Source: Chiloscyllium plagiosum
Lineage: Eukaryota
NCBI RefSeq assembly: GCF_004010195.1
Contig: NC_057719.1
Span: 57,140,311-57,204,310, forward strand
Direction: 5' to 3'
Length of the DNA stretch: 64,000 bases
Positions 26,001 through 38,951 of this stretch are shown here, in pieces. Numbering within the stretch: position 1 is the stretch's first letter; each line of letters starts with the position of its first letter. The notes under the pieces were generated by a model. The model did no database searches and was not told the DNA's origin. It was given only the letters and a program-made list of their open reading frames with translations. The position numbers and the translations under genes were made by a program.

Positions 26001-27289
26001 TGGGTGTGGTGAACTCCCATGTAAGTCCATATGTCAGGACATTTGCAGGCTCCTGACATGCATTTCCTGCTGATCTCTGATTATGCAAAGACAGGAAATT
26101 GTAGGCTAAAATTTAAATGATATATTGTTTGCTATTATATCACACTTTCAGTTAGAATAATCTAGAAGAGATTAGTTAAAAATGTAACACCAGGGACCTA
26201 CATATTGAATGGTTCTTATTTTTTAACCAGGTAGATGTTAGATAGCTGCTGCAAAGAACATGTGAGGAAAATAGGACAAGACATCATGATGTTCGTTCAA
26301 TTTTTCTTCCATAGTTCAAAATCTGTCCTGTATGTTTATTTCTCTTACTTAATTTGAGAAAAGTGATGATGTGAACTGTCACATTATGGGGATAGGCTGA
26401 GAGTTAGGAAAAAGATGGGGAGGGAAAAATAACACAATTTTTGGAGGTAATGAAAAGGATGTGAGGTCTATTGGTTATGTCACCAATAATTAGACAAACT
26501 GTCTAATTATTGCTCAAAACAGATACATCTAATATTAAATGTGGGTATGCTCAAAGACTGAAAAATCCTACTTAATATTCTATGAAAACATCAGTGAGAT
26601 TTTACCTTTGAAGACCGCTTAGAATTTTGTATGTTTCAAAACATTTATGCTAAAAATATAAAGACTAAATTGGTGACCATCCTGTGCTCTTTTAATGCTT
26701 TATTTGTGTATTTAATGATGGTTAGTTCTATGTCTGAATTTCACACGAGAACAGCAAAAAAAACATGGAATTAATTCAACTCAACAAAATGGCGTCTGAA
26801 GCTTTGCAAAGTTAACCAAAGTAGTTCTTTTTTCTTTCACTATTGCAGTAAATCAGTTCACAATTGTGCAGTTCTGGTAAAACTGCTTCACCATAGCATT
26901 CTGAAGCTTGAACTCACAACTTGGTCAAATCTCTCTGATGCTAAAACCTTCCTCATCTAGTTACTGGTTTTAACGGCTTTGGGTGACACTAATCCCAAGA
27001 ACAAGAGATCATGGATCAGAAATCTGAGCTGATTAAGTTTGAACTCTGTAGCTCAAATCCAGCTTCCCGGAATAGCAATTTTGTGCAATGAGGAAGCTAA
27101 GTAAAGGAACATTAAATGTAACATCAATTGAAACTATAACTTTATGAATTTCAGTTTGGGAATGGCAATAATAAAGATTCATTTTCCTTGATATGGATGT
27201 CAGAAACTCCAGAATTTCCCCAAAAGTTTCCCCTTTTTTTTCTCGTTTTCTGCAACTTCGTACAATTTAGACGAATAGTTTCAAGTGGC

Positions 27290-28230
27290 AGAGTCCGTAA
27301 TTTGGGATGGCCTGTAATTGCCTCTCCTGTCAAAGGTCACCATTGCATAGTCCCTCTGCTTTCAGTAAAGCTGCAGCTACGCAGAATATAAATAGTGACC
27401 TCATTAATCCTATTAACAGCCTGGGACAAAACCAGTGATGCTTGCCATCTACTGACTAGCATTGGACAGCATTATTCCAGCAATCAAAAAATCAGGCAGT
27501 TGGTGAATAGTAATCAACTGTGTTTATACTGCTAACTCACTAACCCCCCACAATAGTCAATCAATGTGGTGAATTCTCCTAATTGGGTACCTTCTGCGTC
27601 CAGCGGAGGCTGCAATAGGAAACAAAAGGGTCTAAAATTACTGTTTGCTGCAATTACTTTCCATCTAGCAGTACAGCCAGTACATGGCAGCCATCATTCA
27701 ATCACTGCTCAGAGGACTTCAATGGCAAGAAAACAAATCCAACTCATTACCGGTCAGCCTTACTGATACGCCAGGACAGTGTTCTATGTACATATTAATA
27801 ATAAAAGTAAACCCAACCTTACAAGTCTGCAGAATCGCACATCAACGTTATATTTTTTTCTAAATTAATTTATAATTGTTAGGCTCGCAATTTCATTGCT
27901 AGAAACCCATTGCCCTGGCTCTTATCATTATGGGCTCCCTGCTGTAGCTTTTGAAAGGGTGAATTAGCAGTAGCACAATCCCGGTGACCTTTTCACCTCC
28001 ATTACAAAGCATCAGCTGCAATGTCTTGTTTTGTTAGACCTCTCCATATGTTAGGACAGAATCGTTACAATGGAAGACACATCTCACTAAGGGACGAGGG
28101 TGGAAAATCAGAGGAAGAATCCTGCACAACTGATTTTATTTTCCTATTATCTTTAGACATGCTGGTTCTTGCAATTTTACAGTAGCGGTGGGAGTTTTAT
28201 GGTTTGACCCGAAGGAAACACTTAAATTAG
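27290..28230. promoter_or_regulatory. Candidate conserved non-coding element or enhancer
   Basis: No recognised repeat; many TAAT/ATTA homeodomain cores, GTCAAAGGTCA and TGACCT nuclear-receptor motifs; conservation not testable here. Confidence 0.35.
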
Positions 28231-29775
28231 AAATTCAAAACTGTAAACCATCTGAATGAGAAATTTATCATTGTCACAAAACATTTGCTGATTTTTAAAT
28301 GCTCTTAAAACTGCACTTTAATGAGACCTGATTAAAAGATAGCCACCTAAACATTAGTGCACAAAAACAAGGAGACACAATGAATTGATTCAAAAATATC
28401 GGTACAAATTTACTTTGTAACTCTTTGATATCACTTAAATACAATTGGAAATGATTAAACATTTTTAATAAAATCTTTATTTTAACAATATACAACAGAA
28501 AACAGTACTATAAATTGAAGTAATTCTTAATATCTCTAAAGTATAAAAAAGCCATACTCACTTATGGTGTAAGTCAGTAACTAAAACTGTAGGGCAGCTA
28601 TGGTTCCTGATTTTCCATATGCAGATTCCATTAATCTCATAAAAGAGTTAGAAAAATGGAAGCAAACTTATTATTGTTAAGCAAAGTGCTGAATCAAACC
28701 TCAAGATGTTTGGAGTTACTTTCAGCTACAAATAAAAATTAAGTGAATAAATAATTTATCAAAATGCACTAAAGTTAGAAGTAATAAAAGGCATTTCATT
28801 TACCAGATGTTGCTACATATGAATTCTGTTGTGGCAGTATTTTGATGATTATTCCAATGTAACTTATTTAATTGTGTATACTCTTGCACCAAAAATGAAT
28901 TAATCAATTTTTTTCCTGGTACTAGTCTCCTAAAGTAGCAACTACTAGTTTGTATATCTTACCAATTTGCTGAATGCACTTTAATTACAACTGCTTTTAT
29001 AAACCAATTGTCTTCCCTGATATTTCAGTTCTCCTTTCTGCCATATCATCTGCATCAGAAAGAGTTGTTTTATATGGTCTATGGAGTGTTGAAATTTATT
29101 ATTCATGTAGCTTTCTTTGTATAAACTTGATGTTTCTTTTAACAGAGTCAGTTAAACACTGTTGTCCTAGATTCAGAACCATGGGATATTTGAATGAGAA
29201 TGTCAAATTGCATTTCTTCTTAACCTTTAATAGTTAATAGTTGGTGACAGCTTTCATCGACCAGCATGGGTTCACAACTGATTCATTAACTCAAAACTGA
29301 TAATCCCCAGTGATTAATAGCACTTCTTCACCAACAATCAAACATCATTCCAAAAATCAATGTTGCTGGCACATAACAGAGCCAAAATAGCAATTAATTA
29401 CAATCTATATATGCACATTCCATCAAATTAACATTACTTTGTCCTGATGTTTCTAGTAACCGAGCTAGTCTAGCTCAGTGATTTTTAGCTCTGCCCCAGT
29501 GTATCATTGCTTGAAAAGCTTAGACACTTTATCATGCAGCAGGTTTTGTGGCACTGTCGTCACGACCCAATATGGGTCCTAATTTTAGTGCAAAGAGATT
29601 AGCAACACAGTACTCCAGAAAGCAACCTCTTAAGCAGATCGGGTATTCCAAAAACACAGACTCCTGAAGCTGGACCATAAAGCTTTAAGAGAAATATTCT
29701 GCGGTACTGGGTATAGTTTCCACCTTTGCAGCCCTGAGACTATGGTTAAAGTGGATTCCTTGTATTCACTGCCAG

Positions 29776-30022
29776 ACTATCACCTCCAATGTGCTGGGGG
29801 TCTCCTCATGTGACAGGGCCAAACTCCCAATGGGAAAGTTCAGGAGATGCCATAAAATCATCCCGAACTGGTGTCATGATTCCCCTAACACTTGCTGTGG
29901 ACAGCCCACATCATATAGTTCATCCTGTGAACAATGTCTCAGTGAACACCCTCATACAGCCATCCCGCCTCTCTCCCTCCACACCCAGTTCCACTCAAAT
30001 CTCCTCTGCAATGGGGAATTCG
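29776..30022 (+). CDS. Candidate internal coding exon (Ser/Pro/Thr-rich), host gene unidentified
   Basis: Acceptor TTCCTTGTATTCACTGCCAG|, donor TCG|GTAAGC, open frame LSPPMCWGSPHVTGPNSQWESSGD...PSRLSPSTPSSTQISSAMGNS; unique and more GC-rich than its flanks. Confidence 0.3.
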
Positions 30023-30464
30023 GTAAGCATTAGCGTCGTCCTGACACCAGCTCTTGCATGCTTACCGAAGTGATCACCAAAAACGTAGGCACAACATGAT
30101 TTTTGCAAAATGCTCTTTTCTGGTTCAAAAAGCCACTTACATCCACTTTGCAATTGTGAAGAGGTTTCAGGGCAGAAAAAACGCTAACATTTTCCACACT
30201 ACAGTGTTAAGGATAACTGAGGGCACATTCATTTTATTTGTAAAATTATATGACCAGTGTGGTAAATAGTAACGTCAGAAAAGCACATCAGCTTATACAA
30301 CTACACAGTGTGTCAATAAAATTTAATTCAACTATAAATAAACTTAATGAGACTTTAAGTTAATGAAATTTATTCTTGATTTACCTCCAGTTTGTGATCA
30401 GTACTTGTTTGGTACAATTAAATTCTATAATGGTTCGGTTGATATTAAACCAAAATGTCAGATT

Positions 30465-30615
30465 GGGCCCCATTCCAGACACTCCAGCTCAGAAAACAAG
30501 CAGATACTTGCAGTGCAGTGCTGACAGTGTACTCCATTGTCGGGGATGGCTCTTTCAATTAACTGTTAAAATTTGGCCCTGTCTGTCCCTTCAGATAGAT
30601 ACAAAAAATATTTAA
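30465..30615 (+). mobile_element. Deu-domain SINE relic
   Basis: CAGTGCAGTGCTGACAGTGTACTCCATTGTCGGGGATGGCTCTTTC...GGCCCTGTCTG resembles the DeuSINE core; related to 33140-33245. Confidence 0.55.
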
Positions 30616-30779
30616 GGGGTGAATTCTAGAATCTAGATGGCCACCAACATGTGACAAAGACATGAACTTTTCAGAACAAAATGAGCTTTCTGAAAAAATA
30701 GAGAATGTAACAGCTGTATAGTGAGCCAGACTTAGGATAAAATATAAAAGAAAATGTTGTCAATATCTGCTATTAATAA

Positions 30780-30950
30780 AAAGAAAGAAAGACTTTCAAA
30801 CATACTGACTTCAGGATACCCCAAAGTACATTCTAGTCAATGAAGTACTCATTGTCATCATAGTTGCAGGAAAATGCAGCAACAGATTTTCAGAGCAAAG
30901 GTCTCACAAAAGGGAATGTGATGATTACTAGATAATTTGTTTTAGTCATA
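30780..30950 (-). mobile_element. Old SINE 3' tail (DeuSINE/L2-type)
   Basis: Minus strand ends GTACTTCATTGAC...CTTTGGGGTATCCTGA...AGTCTTTCTTTCTTT. Confidence 0.45.
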
Positions 30951-31087
30951 ATCTGGCCAATCCTTATCACAATATCTATATGACTTAAGGTGTGGCCAAT
31001 GAATCTTCATCTTGCCAACAGCTGAACTATCCTGAAATTGAAACATTTGAAATGAATTGCCATTCTTAATTTGTCATTATTACTTGG

Positions 31088-31380
31088 CGTCATAGAGATG
31101 TACAACACGGAAACAGACTCTTCAGTCCAACTCGTCCATGCCAATCAGCTATCCTAAATTAATCTAATCCTGTTTGCCAGCATTTGGTCCATATTCCACT
31201 AAACCTTTTCTGTTCATATACCCATCCAGATGACTTTTAAATGTTGTACTTGTGTCAGCCTCCACTATTTCCTCTGGCAGCTCATTCCATACCTGCACCA
31301 ACCTCTGTGTGAAAAAGTTGCCCCTTAGATCCCTTTTAAATCTTTCCCCTCTCACCTTAAACCTATGCCTTCTAGTTCTT
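31088..31380 (-). mobile_element. CR1 3' fragment
   Basis: ORF 31164-31355 FKRDLRGNFFTQRLVQVWNELPEE; same family as 16179-20700. Confidence 0.9.
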
Positions 31381-32889
31381 AAAATAAAGATAGGACATTC
31401 TCCTACTGTGTTTACGTTTTGTGCAGAAAATTCAGAACATGATCAGAAACAGCAATAGATCATCATATTTCCCTGCTTAAAACCAACTTTTGTCAGGTAC
31501 TATCATTGGAAATAAAATCCATTGATTCTATTGGTCTGCTTTTAATTACAGATCTACTTATTTTCTGATTAAGGAATTTTACTTTTGAATTAATTGATGC
31601 TGTTTATGATGAACGATAGAAGGCTGTTATGAATAATGTAAACTGAGGTGATTTGGCGAGTTTGATCCACAAAGGACTAGTAATGGTTTTAATAAAATAC
31701 TCTATAACAGAACAGATGTGCATCTGTATGTATGTGCACAGAATAAAATGAATGAATTTGATACAGGTTTGTACAATGTACTCAAATCCATTGCCTTCCT
31801 ACTTTTACAATTTAACCTGACCATTTTAATACTGGTAATCTCATTTACTAACAGTGCTCATTTTCTACGGGCCCAAAATACATAAGAATTGGATTTCAGC
31901 TACAATGTAAGCTGAAAAGTTTAGAAACGTAAATCTGATCTAGCATCAACCTTTTGTTAGGCTTTTGTGTGGTTGTCAATCGTTCTACTTCTTTGAAGTA
32001 TTTATTAATAGGTTCTGCTATATTTTTCTAGGTATTCTTTTTCACTAAGAAAAATGGCCTTTGTTTTTGTTATTGTTTTTTCCTGGTGTCTCCATCAAAT
32101 TTGCATGACATTGTTGGCATGTGACCATCTGTTTGAATTGGCCACTAGGCGGTGTAAAAGAGCAGCCTTGGGGTAATATTCCTGCTCTATTTTCCCTCTT
32201 TCCCACACTTCAGTGCATTGCTTCCATTCAATTTATTTGCCTTATACCCGTGGTTATTTTTCTTTTCGTTTCTAGATTTTAAAAAGATTTTAAATGTTAT
32301 TCATCTCTGTTTCTTGTTACCAGTCCCTGCAATATATAATTCTTGCTGAAATTCACCAATACATTCAGGCAAACGTATTCCCTACCAAAAGAAAATCTGA
32401 ATATGTGCTGGAAATCTGAATTGAAAACAAAAAATAAATATTGGAAGTAACCAGCAGACCTAATCAGCAACAGAGCCCAGGAGAAAGAACATAATTTTAT
32501 ATTTTAGTTGTACGTCCTTCCCTTTTTGAATGCTGGTGGACACTGTTGAAATGTTGCCACTTGAAAGATACTATATAAGTGCAAGGTTTTTTTGTCTATT
32601 TTCTGTCTTCTTTATAGACAGCCACATGTTACAGCTTTCAGCTTCTTTCTGTGACACTCACAGCCTCATTTCAGTTTAATGGAGATAATCAAAACCTATC
32701 TACAAATTGCATTAACTGTTATCTGTACTGAAGTATTATGTAAGCCCAGTCTTTGCTGAAATGGAAATGAAATTATTCAGGAGTATTTGCTCATTGCCTT
32801 CAATCATTCCTTCTGTTGTGCAAGTCATGGTTAGGTTGGCAGTCTTTCACCTCTGAGTCAGAAGGTACAAGTGCAAGTTCTCGTCAACG

Positions 32890-33105
32890 GCATGCACCAT
32901 TCTAACTTGGAACTGTATTGCTGTTCCTTCACAGTTATTGTGTCAAATCCTGGAACTTCCTTCTCAACTGCACTATAGGTATCATATATACTGCAGCCAT
33001 TCCAGAAGGCAGCTCAATACCTTGTTCGCAAGGCCACTTAGGAAAGGGGGAATACATTTTGGCTTTGCCAATGAGACCCTCAACCCATGAATGTATTTTA
33101 AAAAT
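32890..33105 (+). mobile_element. 3' end of a CR1-group (Zenon-like) LINE
   Basis: AAATCCTGGAACTTCC...CTGCAGC...AAGGCAGCTCA...CCCATGAATG; homologous to 35625-35785 and, reversed, to 58484-58700. Confidence 0.55.
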
Positions 33106-33247
33106 AACCCACTGCAGAATCATTCAAATAAAATATCCAGCCAGTCACTGTAGTGCAGTATTGAGGAAATCTCACAGTGTCAGAGGAGCTGTCTTTCAGG
33201 TAAAACATTAAATTGGAGCCTTGCATGCCTTGTTGGGAAGGTGCAAA

Positions 33248-34360
33248 ATAGAGTCATAGAGTCATAGAGATGTACAGCATAGAGACAGATCCTTTGGTCC
33301 AACCCGTCCTTGCCGACCAGATATCCCAACCCAATCTAGTCCCACCTGCCAGCACTCGCCCCATATCTCTCCAAATCGTTCCTATTCATATATCCATCCA
33401 AATGCCTCTTAAATGTTGCAATTGTACAAGTCTCCACCACTTCCTCTGGCAGCTCATTCCATACACATACCACCCTCTGTGTGAAAAAGTTGCCCCGTNN
33501 NNNNNNNNNNNNNNNNNNNNNNNNNNNNNNNNNNNNNNNNNNNNNNNNNNNNNNNNNNNNNNNNNNNNNNNNNNNNNNNNNNNNNNNNNNNNNNNNNNNN
33601 NNNNNNNNNNNNNNNNNNNNNNNNNNNNNNNNNNNNNNNNNNNNNNNNNNNNNNNNNNNNNNNNNNNNNNNNNNNNNNNNNNNNNNNNNNNNNNNNNNNN
33701 NNNNNNNNNNNNNNNNNNNNNNNNNNNNNNNNNNNNNNNNNNNNNNNNNNNNNNNNNNNNNNNNNNNNNNNNNNNNNNNNNNNNNNNNNNNNNNNNNNNN
33801 NNNNNNNNNNNNNNNNNNNNNNNNNNNNNNNNNNNNNNNNNNNNNNNNNNNNNNNNNNNNNNNNNNNNNNNNNNNNNNNNNNNNNNNNNNNNNNNNNNNN
33901 NNNNNNNNNNNNNNNNNNNNNNNNNNNNNNNNNNNNNNNNNNNNNNNNNNNNNNNNNNNNNNNNNNNNNNNNNNNNNNNNNNNNNNNNNNNNNNNNNNNN
34001 NNNNNNNNNNNNNNNNNNNNNNNNNNNNNNNNNNNNNNNNNNNNNNGATCCTTGTGGCACTCCACTGGTCACAGGCCTCCAGTCTGAAAAACAACCCTCC
34101 ACCACCACCCTCTATCTTCTACCTTTGAGCCAGTTCTGTATTCAAATGCCTGATTCTCCCTGTATTCCGTGAGATCTAACCTTGCTAATCAGTCTCCCAT
34201 GGGGAACTTTGTCGAACGCCTTACTGAAGTCCATATAGATCACATCTGCCCTCTGCCCTCATCAATCCCCTTTGTTACTTCCTCAAAAACTCAATCAACT
34301 TTGTGAGATATGATTTCCCACGCACAAAGCCATGTTGACTATCCCGAATCAGTCCTTGAT
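33248..34360 (-). mobile_element. CR1 3' half spanning the assembly gap
   Basis: AGAGTCAT tail repeats; RGNFFTQRVVCVWNELPEE left of the gap and WRPVTSGVPQG right of it. Confidence 0.9.
33499..34046. other. Assembly gap (548 N)
   Basis: Run of n. Confidence 1.
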
Positions 34361-35624
34361 TCCTCCCATCGCTATTTGAAGACCAGAGGAGTTCTAGCTG
34401 ATGTCTTGCCACCTATCTCACATCTAAGATTAGGCTAGGACCAACATTGACTAAGTGCATTGGTTTGGCCACCAGACATATTATCCTCTCTGAGCAAACA
34501 TGTCAGATTCTATTTGACCAGGACTGGATAACAAATTAGGGGAAGAGATGCTGCTTCCCAGCAAGTAGGTACCCCGGAGCCACATCAATGCTGAGATGCC
34601 AGCCTGAACAGTGACCACACGCCCACTTCTACCAACACTCCCACCACACACCACCCCGACCCCACCCCACCCCATCCCACCTTCTTGCCAGTGATGGCCT
34701 GATAGAAATGGCTATGAGGGAATTTTAACTTATTACAATCCATTCATTTTTGAGGGTCCACTCAGTCTTCTGTCTGTCTCAGCAGGACTCACTTGTGCCG
34801 TTGGAGCTTCTAATGGGATCTCACCACAGGCTCATTGATTGAATCTCCCATTTCACATCATTCAGAAGTTCTTGGATAGTGGAAATGCTAACTTTCCAAC
34901 TAGCCACCACTGGGAAAATAGCAGCCACATCCCAATGTGGCCATTTCCAGTTGCTAACCCGATATTCAGACCAATGTTGGGATTAAGGACACATCCAGAA
35001 ATAGAGCTTTGCATCACTGAAACAGATTGTCTGCTTGTTATCATATGGCTGTCAGTGCATAATCACTGCCAGAAAGTTTTGACATTAATTTAGCATTCAA
35101 TGGCACTCCAAAATGGTCAGTGCATCATTTGAAATCAAATGGTGTATAATTTGGAATGAGTCAAAGCAGACAAATCGCTCAATTAACATCATGCTACTGC
35201 TCCAATGGCACCACGGCTTGTTAAATTTGTACAAGTAATCATTAGTGTTCAAATGTTCTTGCAGCTAATGTAATCTGTAGAAGCAGGCAAAGGCATCAAA
35301 TGCAGCTTCCGTCATGTTATTATATAAACAAAAATAAACAGATCTTAAAACATTTTCCACAATTTCTCCCAAGAGCTTTCCTTACTCCTTCCATTTCAGC
35401 TGGCATGCTACTCTTCTGATCATTCTCCAATGACTCTGCCGAGGTGAACAATCTCTGCAAAACCAAAAGATGTTTCACCAGAAGATTGCAAGTGGAGAAT
35501 GTGATAAATAAGAAATCAAGAATGTAATTACCAAACTAAAATGCAAAATTGAATGAAATAAAAATGCAGTGGAATTAAATTTAAAAATCCGCAGTGCAAT
35601 ACAAAAGCAACTTACCAATTTGGC

Positions 35625-35785
35625 AAGGCTCCTTTAACTGCAACTTCCAAACTTTACCACCTAGAAGAACAAGGAAGCAGGTGCTTGGGATCCCACCACC
35701 TCCTGAAAGTTTCCTTCCAAGCCGCACATCTTGGGACTATATCGCTGATCCTTCACTTAAACTGGGCCAAATTCTGGAATTCCCT
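35625..35785 (+). mobile_element. CR1-group (Zenon-like) LINE 3' fragment
   Basis: CTAGAAGAACAAGG...CACCACCT...TTCTGGAATTCCC; reverse-complement similarity to 58530-58700. Confidence 0.5.
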
Positions 35786-36434
35786 CTTAGCAGCTGGTCA
35801 CTGAGATCCTGGAGCTGTGGGGAAATGTAACCTAGAACATCAAGGAGACTCACAGAACCCTGATCATCTGTAACTATAAGCCCATAAAATATAGGAGCAG
35901 AATTAGGCCATTCAGCCCATTAAATCTACTCCACTATTCAATCACAATTGATATGTTTCTCGACCCCATTCTTGTAACGACAAGAAACTGAACAACATTT
36001 TCCTGTTCATATAGAATAGACTGATAAGTGGTAATTGGACAGTTTAGATCTTTCCTGCTTTTTGTGGTTGGGAATTATCCATATTGGCAGGTAGATACCA
36101 GGGTACCAGAGCAGCTTGGTGAGGGCCACCCAGCTAGAGCTGGAGAACAGGTCTTCAGAACTGGTGCCAGAATACTGTCAGGGCTAGTACAATTCAGTGT
36201 CTGATCAATGATAAACAGAAGGATGTTGATAGTTGGATATTCAGCAACAATAATGCCATGGAATGTCAAGGGGTGATAGTTAGATTCTCTTTTGTTGAAA
36301 AGGATCATCCTGGCACTTGTGTGACATGAATTACTTGCCATTTGTCAGCCCAAACCTGGATTTACTACATTTGGATATGGCTTACTTAAGTTTCTAAAAG
36401 TATTGCAAACGATGCTAAATATTATGCAATCATT

Positions 36435-37105
36435 AAGCCTGCTCCACCATTTAAAATGATTATGGACAACCATCCTATTCAGTACTCTGTTCCTCCTTTT
36501 GGTCCATACCCCTCGATCCCATAAGAACTCTATCTAACTCATTCTTGAAAACATTCAATCTTTTGACCTCAACTGCTTTCTGTGACAGAGAATTCCCCAT
36601 GCTCACTATTCTCTGGGTGAAGAAATTTCTCCTCATCTCAATCCTAAATGGTTTACCCTGTATCCTTAGTCTATGACTCTTGGCTCTGGACTTCCTCATC
36701 ATCGGCAATGTCTTTTTGGCATTTACCCTGTCTTCTCCTGTGAGAGTTTTAAAGGGCTCTATGAGATCACCCCTCATCCTTCTGAACTCTGGCAAATATA
36801 GTCCTAATTGATCCAACATCTCTTCATATGTCAGTCTTGCTATCCCAGGAATCAGTGCAGTATATCTTTGTTGCACTGTATCCATAGCCAGAACATCCCT
36901 CCTCAGACAAGAAGGCCAAAACTGCACACAATTCTGCAGATGTGGTCTCACCAAGTCCATGTACAATTGCAGCAAAATATCTCTGCTCTCTTACTAAAAT
37001 CAGCTTGCTATAAAGGCCAACATACCATTTGCCTCTACACCGCCTGCTGCACCTGCATGTTTGCCTTCAATAACTAGTGAAAGAGGACATCCAGCTCTCA
37101 TTGCA
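36435..37105 (-). mobile_element. CR1 3' fragment nested in the older LINE
   Basis: ORF 36475-36975 LVRPHLQNCVQFW...RGDLIE...RRNFFTQRIV. Confidence 0.88.
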
Positions 37106-37643
37106 TCTCCCCTTTTCACAATCCATCCCACTAATCATGGTTATAGTGCCACATAACCCAATGGATGGTATCTTTGGTATCAAGGTGGGACATTGTCTCC
37201 ACAAGAACTGTATGGTGGTCACTCTTACCAATACTGTCAGGGACAGATACAAACGTAGCAGGCAGATTGGTGAGTATTCGGTCAAGTCTTTTTTCCTTCA
37301 TCATCATCTGCTGAAGACCCAGTCTAGCAGCTATGTCCTATAAGACACAATCAGTTTGGTCAACGATGCTGCAGCTAAGCTAAAGGAGAATGTTAAGTGA
37401 TAATGTGCAGAAGGTTTCCTTGATCTGATACCATGAGACTTCCTGAGGTATGAAGCCAACATCAAGGACTCTCAGATTTTTTTCCCTCCTGACTGTATAC
37501 TACTATGCTGCCACCTCTGCTGGGTCTGTCCTGTTGGTTAGACATGACATATCTAGGGACGGTGATGGTGATGTCTGAGACATTGCCTGTAAGTTGTGAT
37601 TCTGTAGGCACGATTGTCAGGCTATTGCTTGATGAGTCTCTGA

Positions 37644-38951
37644 GGAATGAGACTGAAGAGATAGAGGGCATGGTTGGTGTCACAGATACAGGTGGGAAGT
37701 GCCATGATGGCCTTCAGACCCTCATCTTTTTCTTCTTCAATAGATGCCTCCCCCAATACCCTCCTCGCTAAACTCATCCTGACCCTTAATAACTTCTACT
37801 TTAACTCCTCCCATTTCCTCCAAATCCAGGGGGTGTCCATGGGCACTCAGATGAGTCCCAGCTATACCTGTCTCTTTGTCGACCATATTGAACAGTCACT
37901 CTTCAGCACCTACACAAGGACTGTACCCTAACTTTACCACCAATGACTGCATCGGCGCAGTGTCCGGCACCTAGGCTGAACTGGAGCGGTTAATTGACTT
38001 CACCCACAACTTCCACCCCACCCTCAAACTCACTTGGTCCATCTCAGACACCTTCCTCCCCTTTCTTGATCTCTCCATTTCCATCTCCGGGCGACAGTCT
38101 CCAGACAGATGATTACTACAAACCCACAGACAGCCACAATTCTTCCCACCCAATATCCTGAAAGAACTCCATCCTGTTCTCCCAATTCCTCCACCTCCGC
38201 TGCATCTGCTCGGAAGAGGAGACATTCCATTCCCAAGCATCCCAGATGCCCAACTATTTCAAACAACATGCTTTTCTCCCCTCTATCATCCAGACAGCCC
38301 TCCATTCCTTGCTCTCCCCTAAATGCAATAAAGACAGGGTCCCCCTTGTCCTCGCCTACCACCCCACCAGTCTCCACATCCAATGCATCATCCTTAAACT
38401 CTTCCGCCAACTGCAACTAGACCCCACCACCAAGCACATCTTTCCCTCCCCACCTTTCTCCGCCTTCCGCAAAGATCGTTCCGTTCACCAAGCCTTGGTT
38501 TGTTCCACTCTCCCCACCAAACAACCCCAACCCTCAGGTGCCTTCCTCTGCAACCAAAAAAGATGCAAAACCTACTGCTACACCACCCTACTCACCTCCA
38601 TCCAGGGCCTCAAACCATCCTTCCAGGTGAGACAGAGGTTCACCTGCCTCTCCTCCAACCTAGTTTACTGCACCAGGTGGTCCTGATGTCGTCTTCTCTA
38701 CATCAATGAGACCAAACATAAACTAAGGGAACGTTTCGCCAAGCATCTCAGCTCGGACTGCAGGGGCCAACTGGACCTCCCAGTCTCCACCCATTATAAT
38801 TCCCCTTCCCAGTCCCTTTCCAACATGGCCATCATTGGCCTCCTCCATAGCCATAATGAATCCGACTGTAAATTGGAAGAACAACACTTCATCTCCCTCC
38901 TGATGCTGCCTGGCTTGCTGTGTTCTCCCAGCCTCCTGCTTGTCTACTTTG
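37644..38951 (+). mobile_element. 5'-truncated Penelope-like element (Neptune-type): RT C-half, Cys linker, GIY-YIG endonuclease, family B pLTR remnant
   Basis: FLQIQGVSMGTQMSPSYTCLF; LPFLDLSI; CNQKRCKTYC; NLVYCTRWS*CRLLYINETKHKLRERFAKH; disrupted by frameshifts. Confidence 0.9.

Larger units (their letters stand above)
32826..34425 (+). mobile_element. Deu-domain SINE split by two later insertions (pieces ~32826-32882, 33108-33248, 34364-34425)
   Basis: Head CACCTCTGAGTCAGAAGG, core GTGCAGTATTGAGGAAAT...GTCTTTCAGG, continuation TCCCAT...CTATTTGAAGA...GGAGTTCT. Confidence 0.5.

Noticed and set aside
33270..34172. Long ORFs of 200-300 aa
   Set aside because: Artefacts of translating through the N gap inside a CR1
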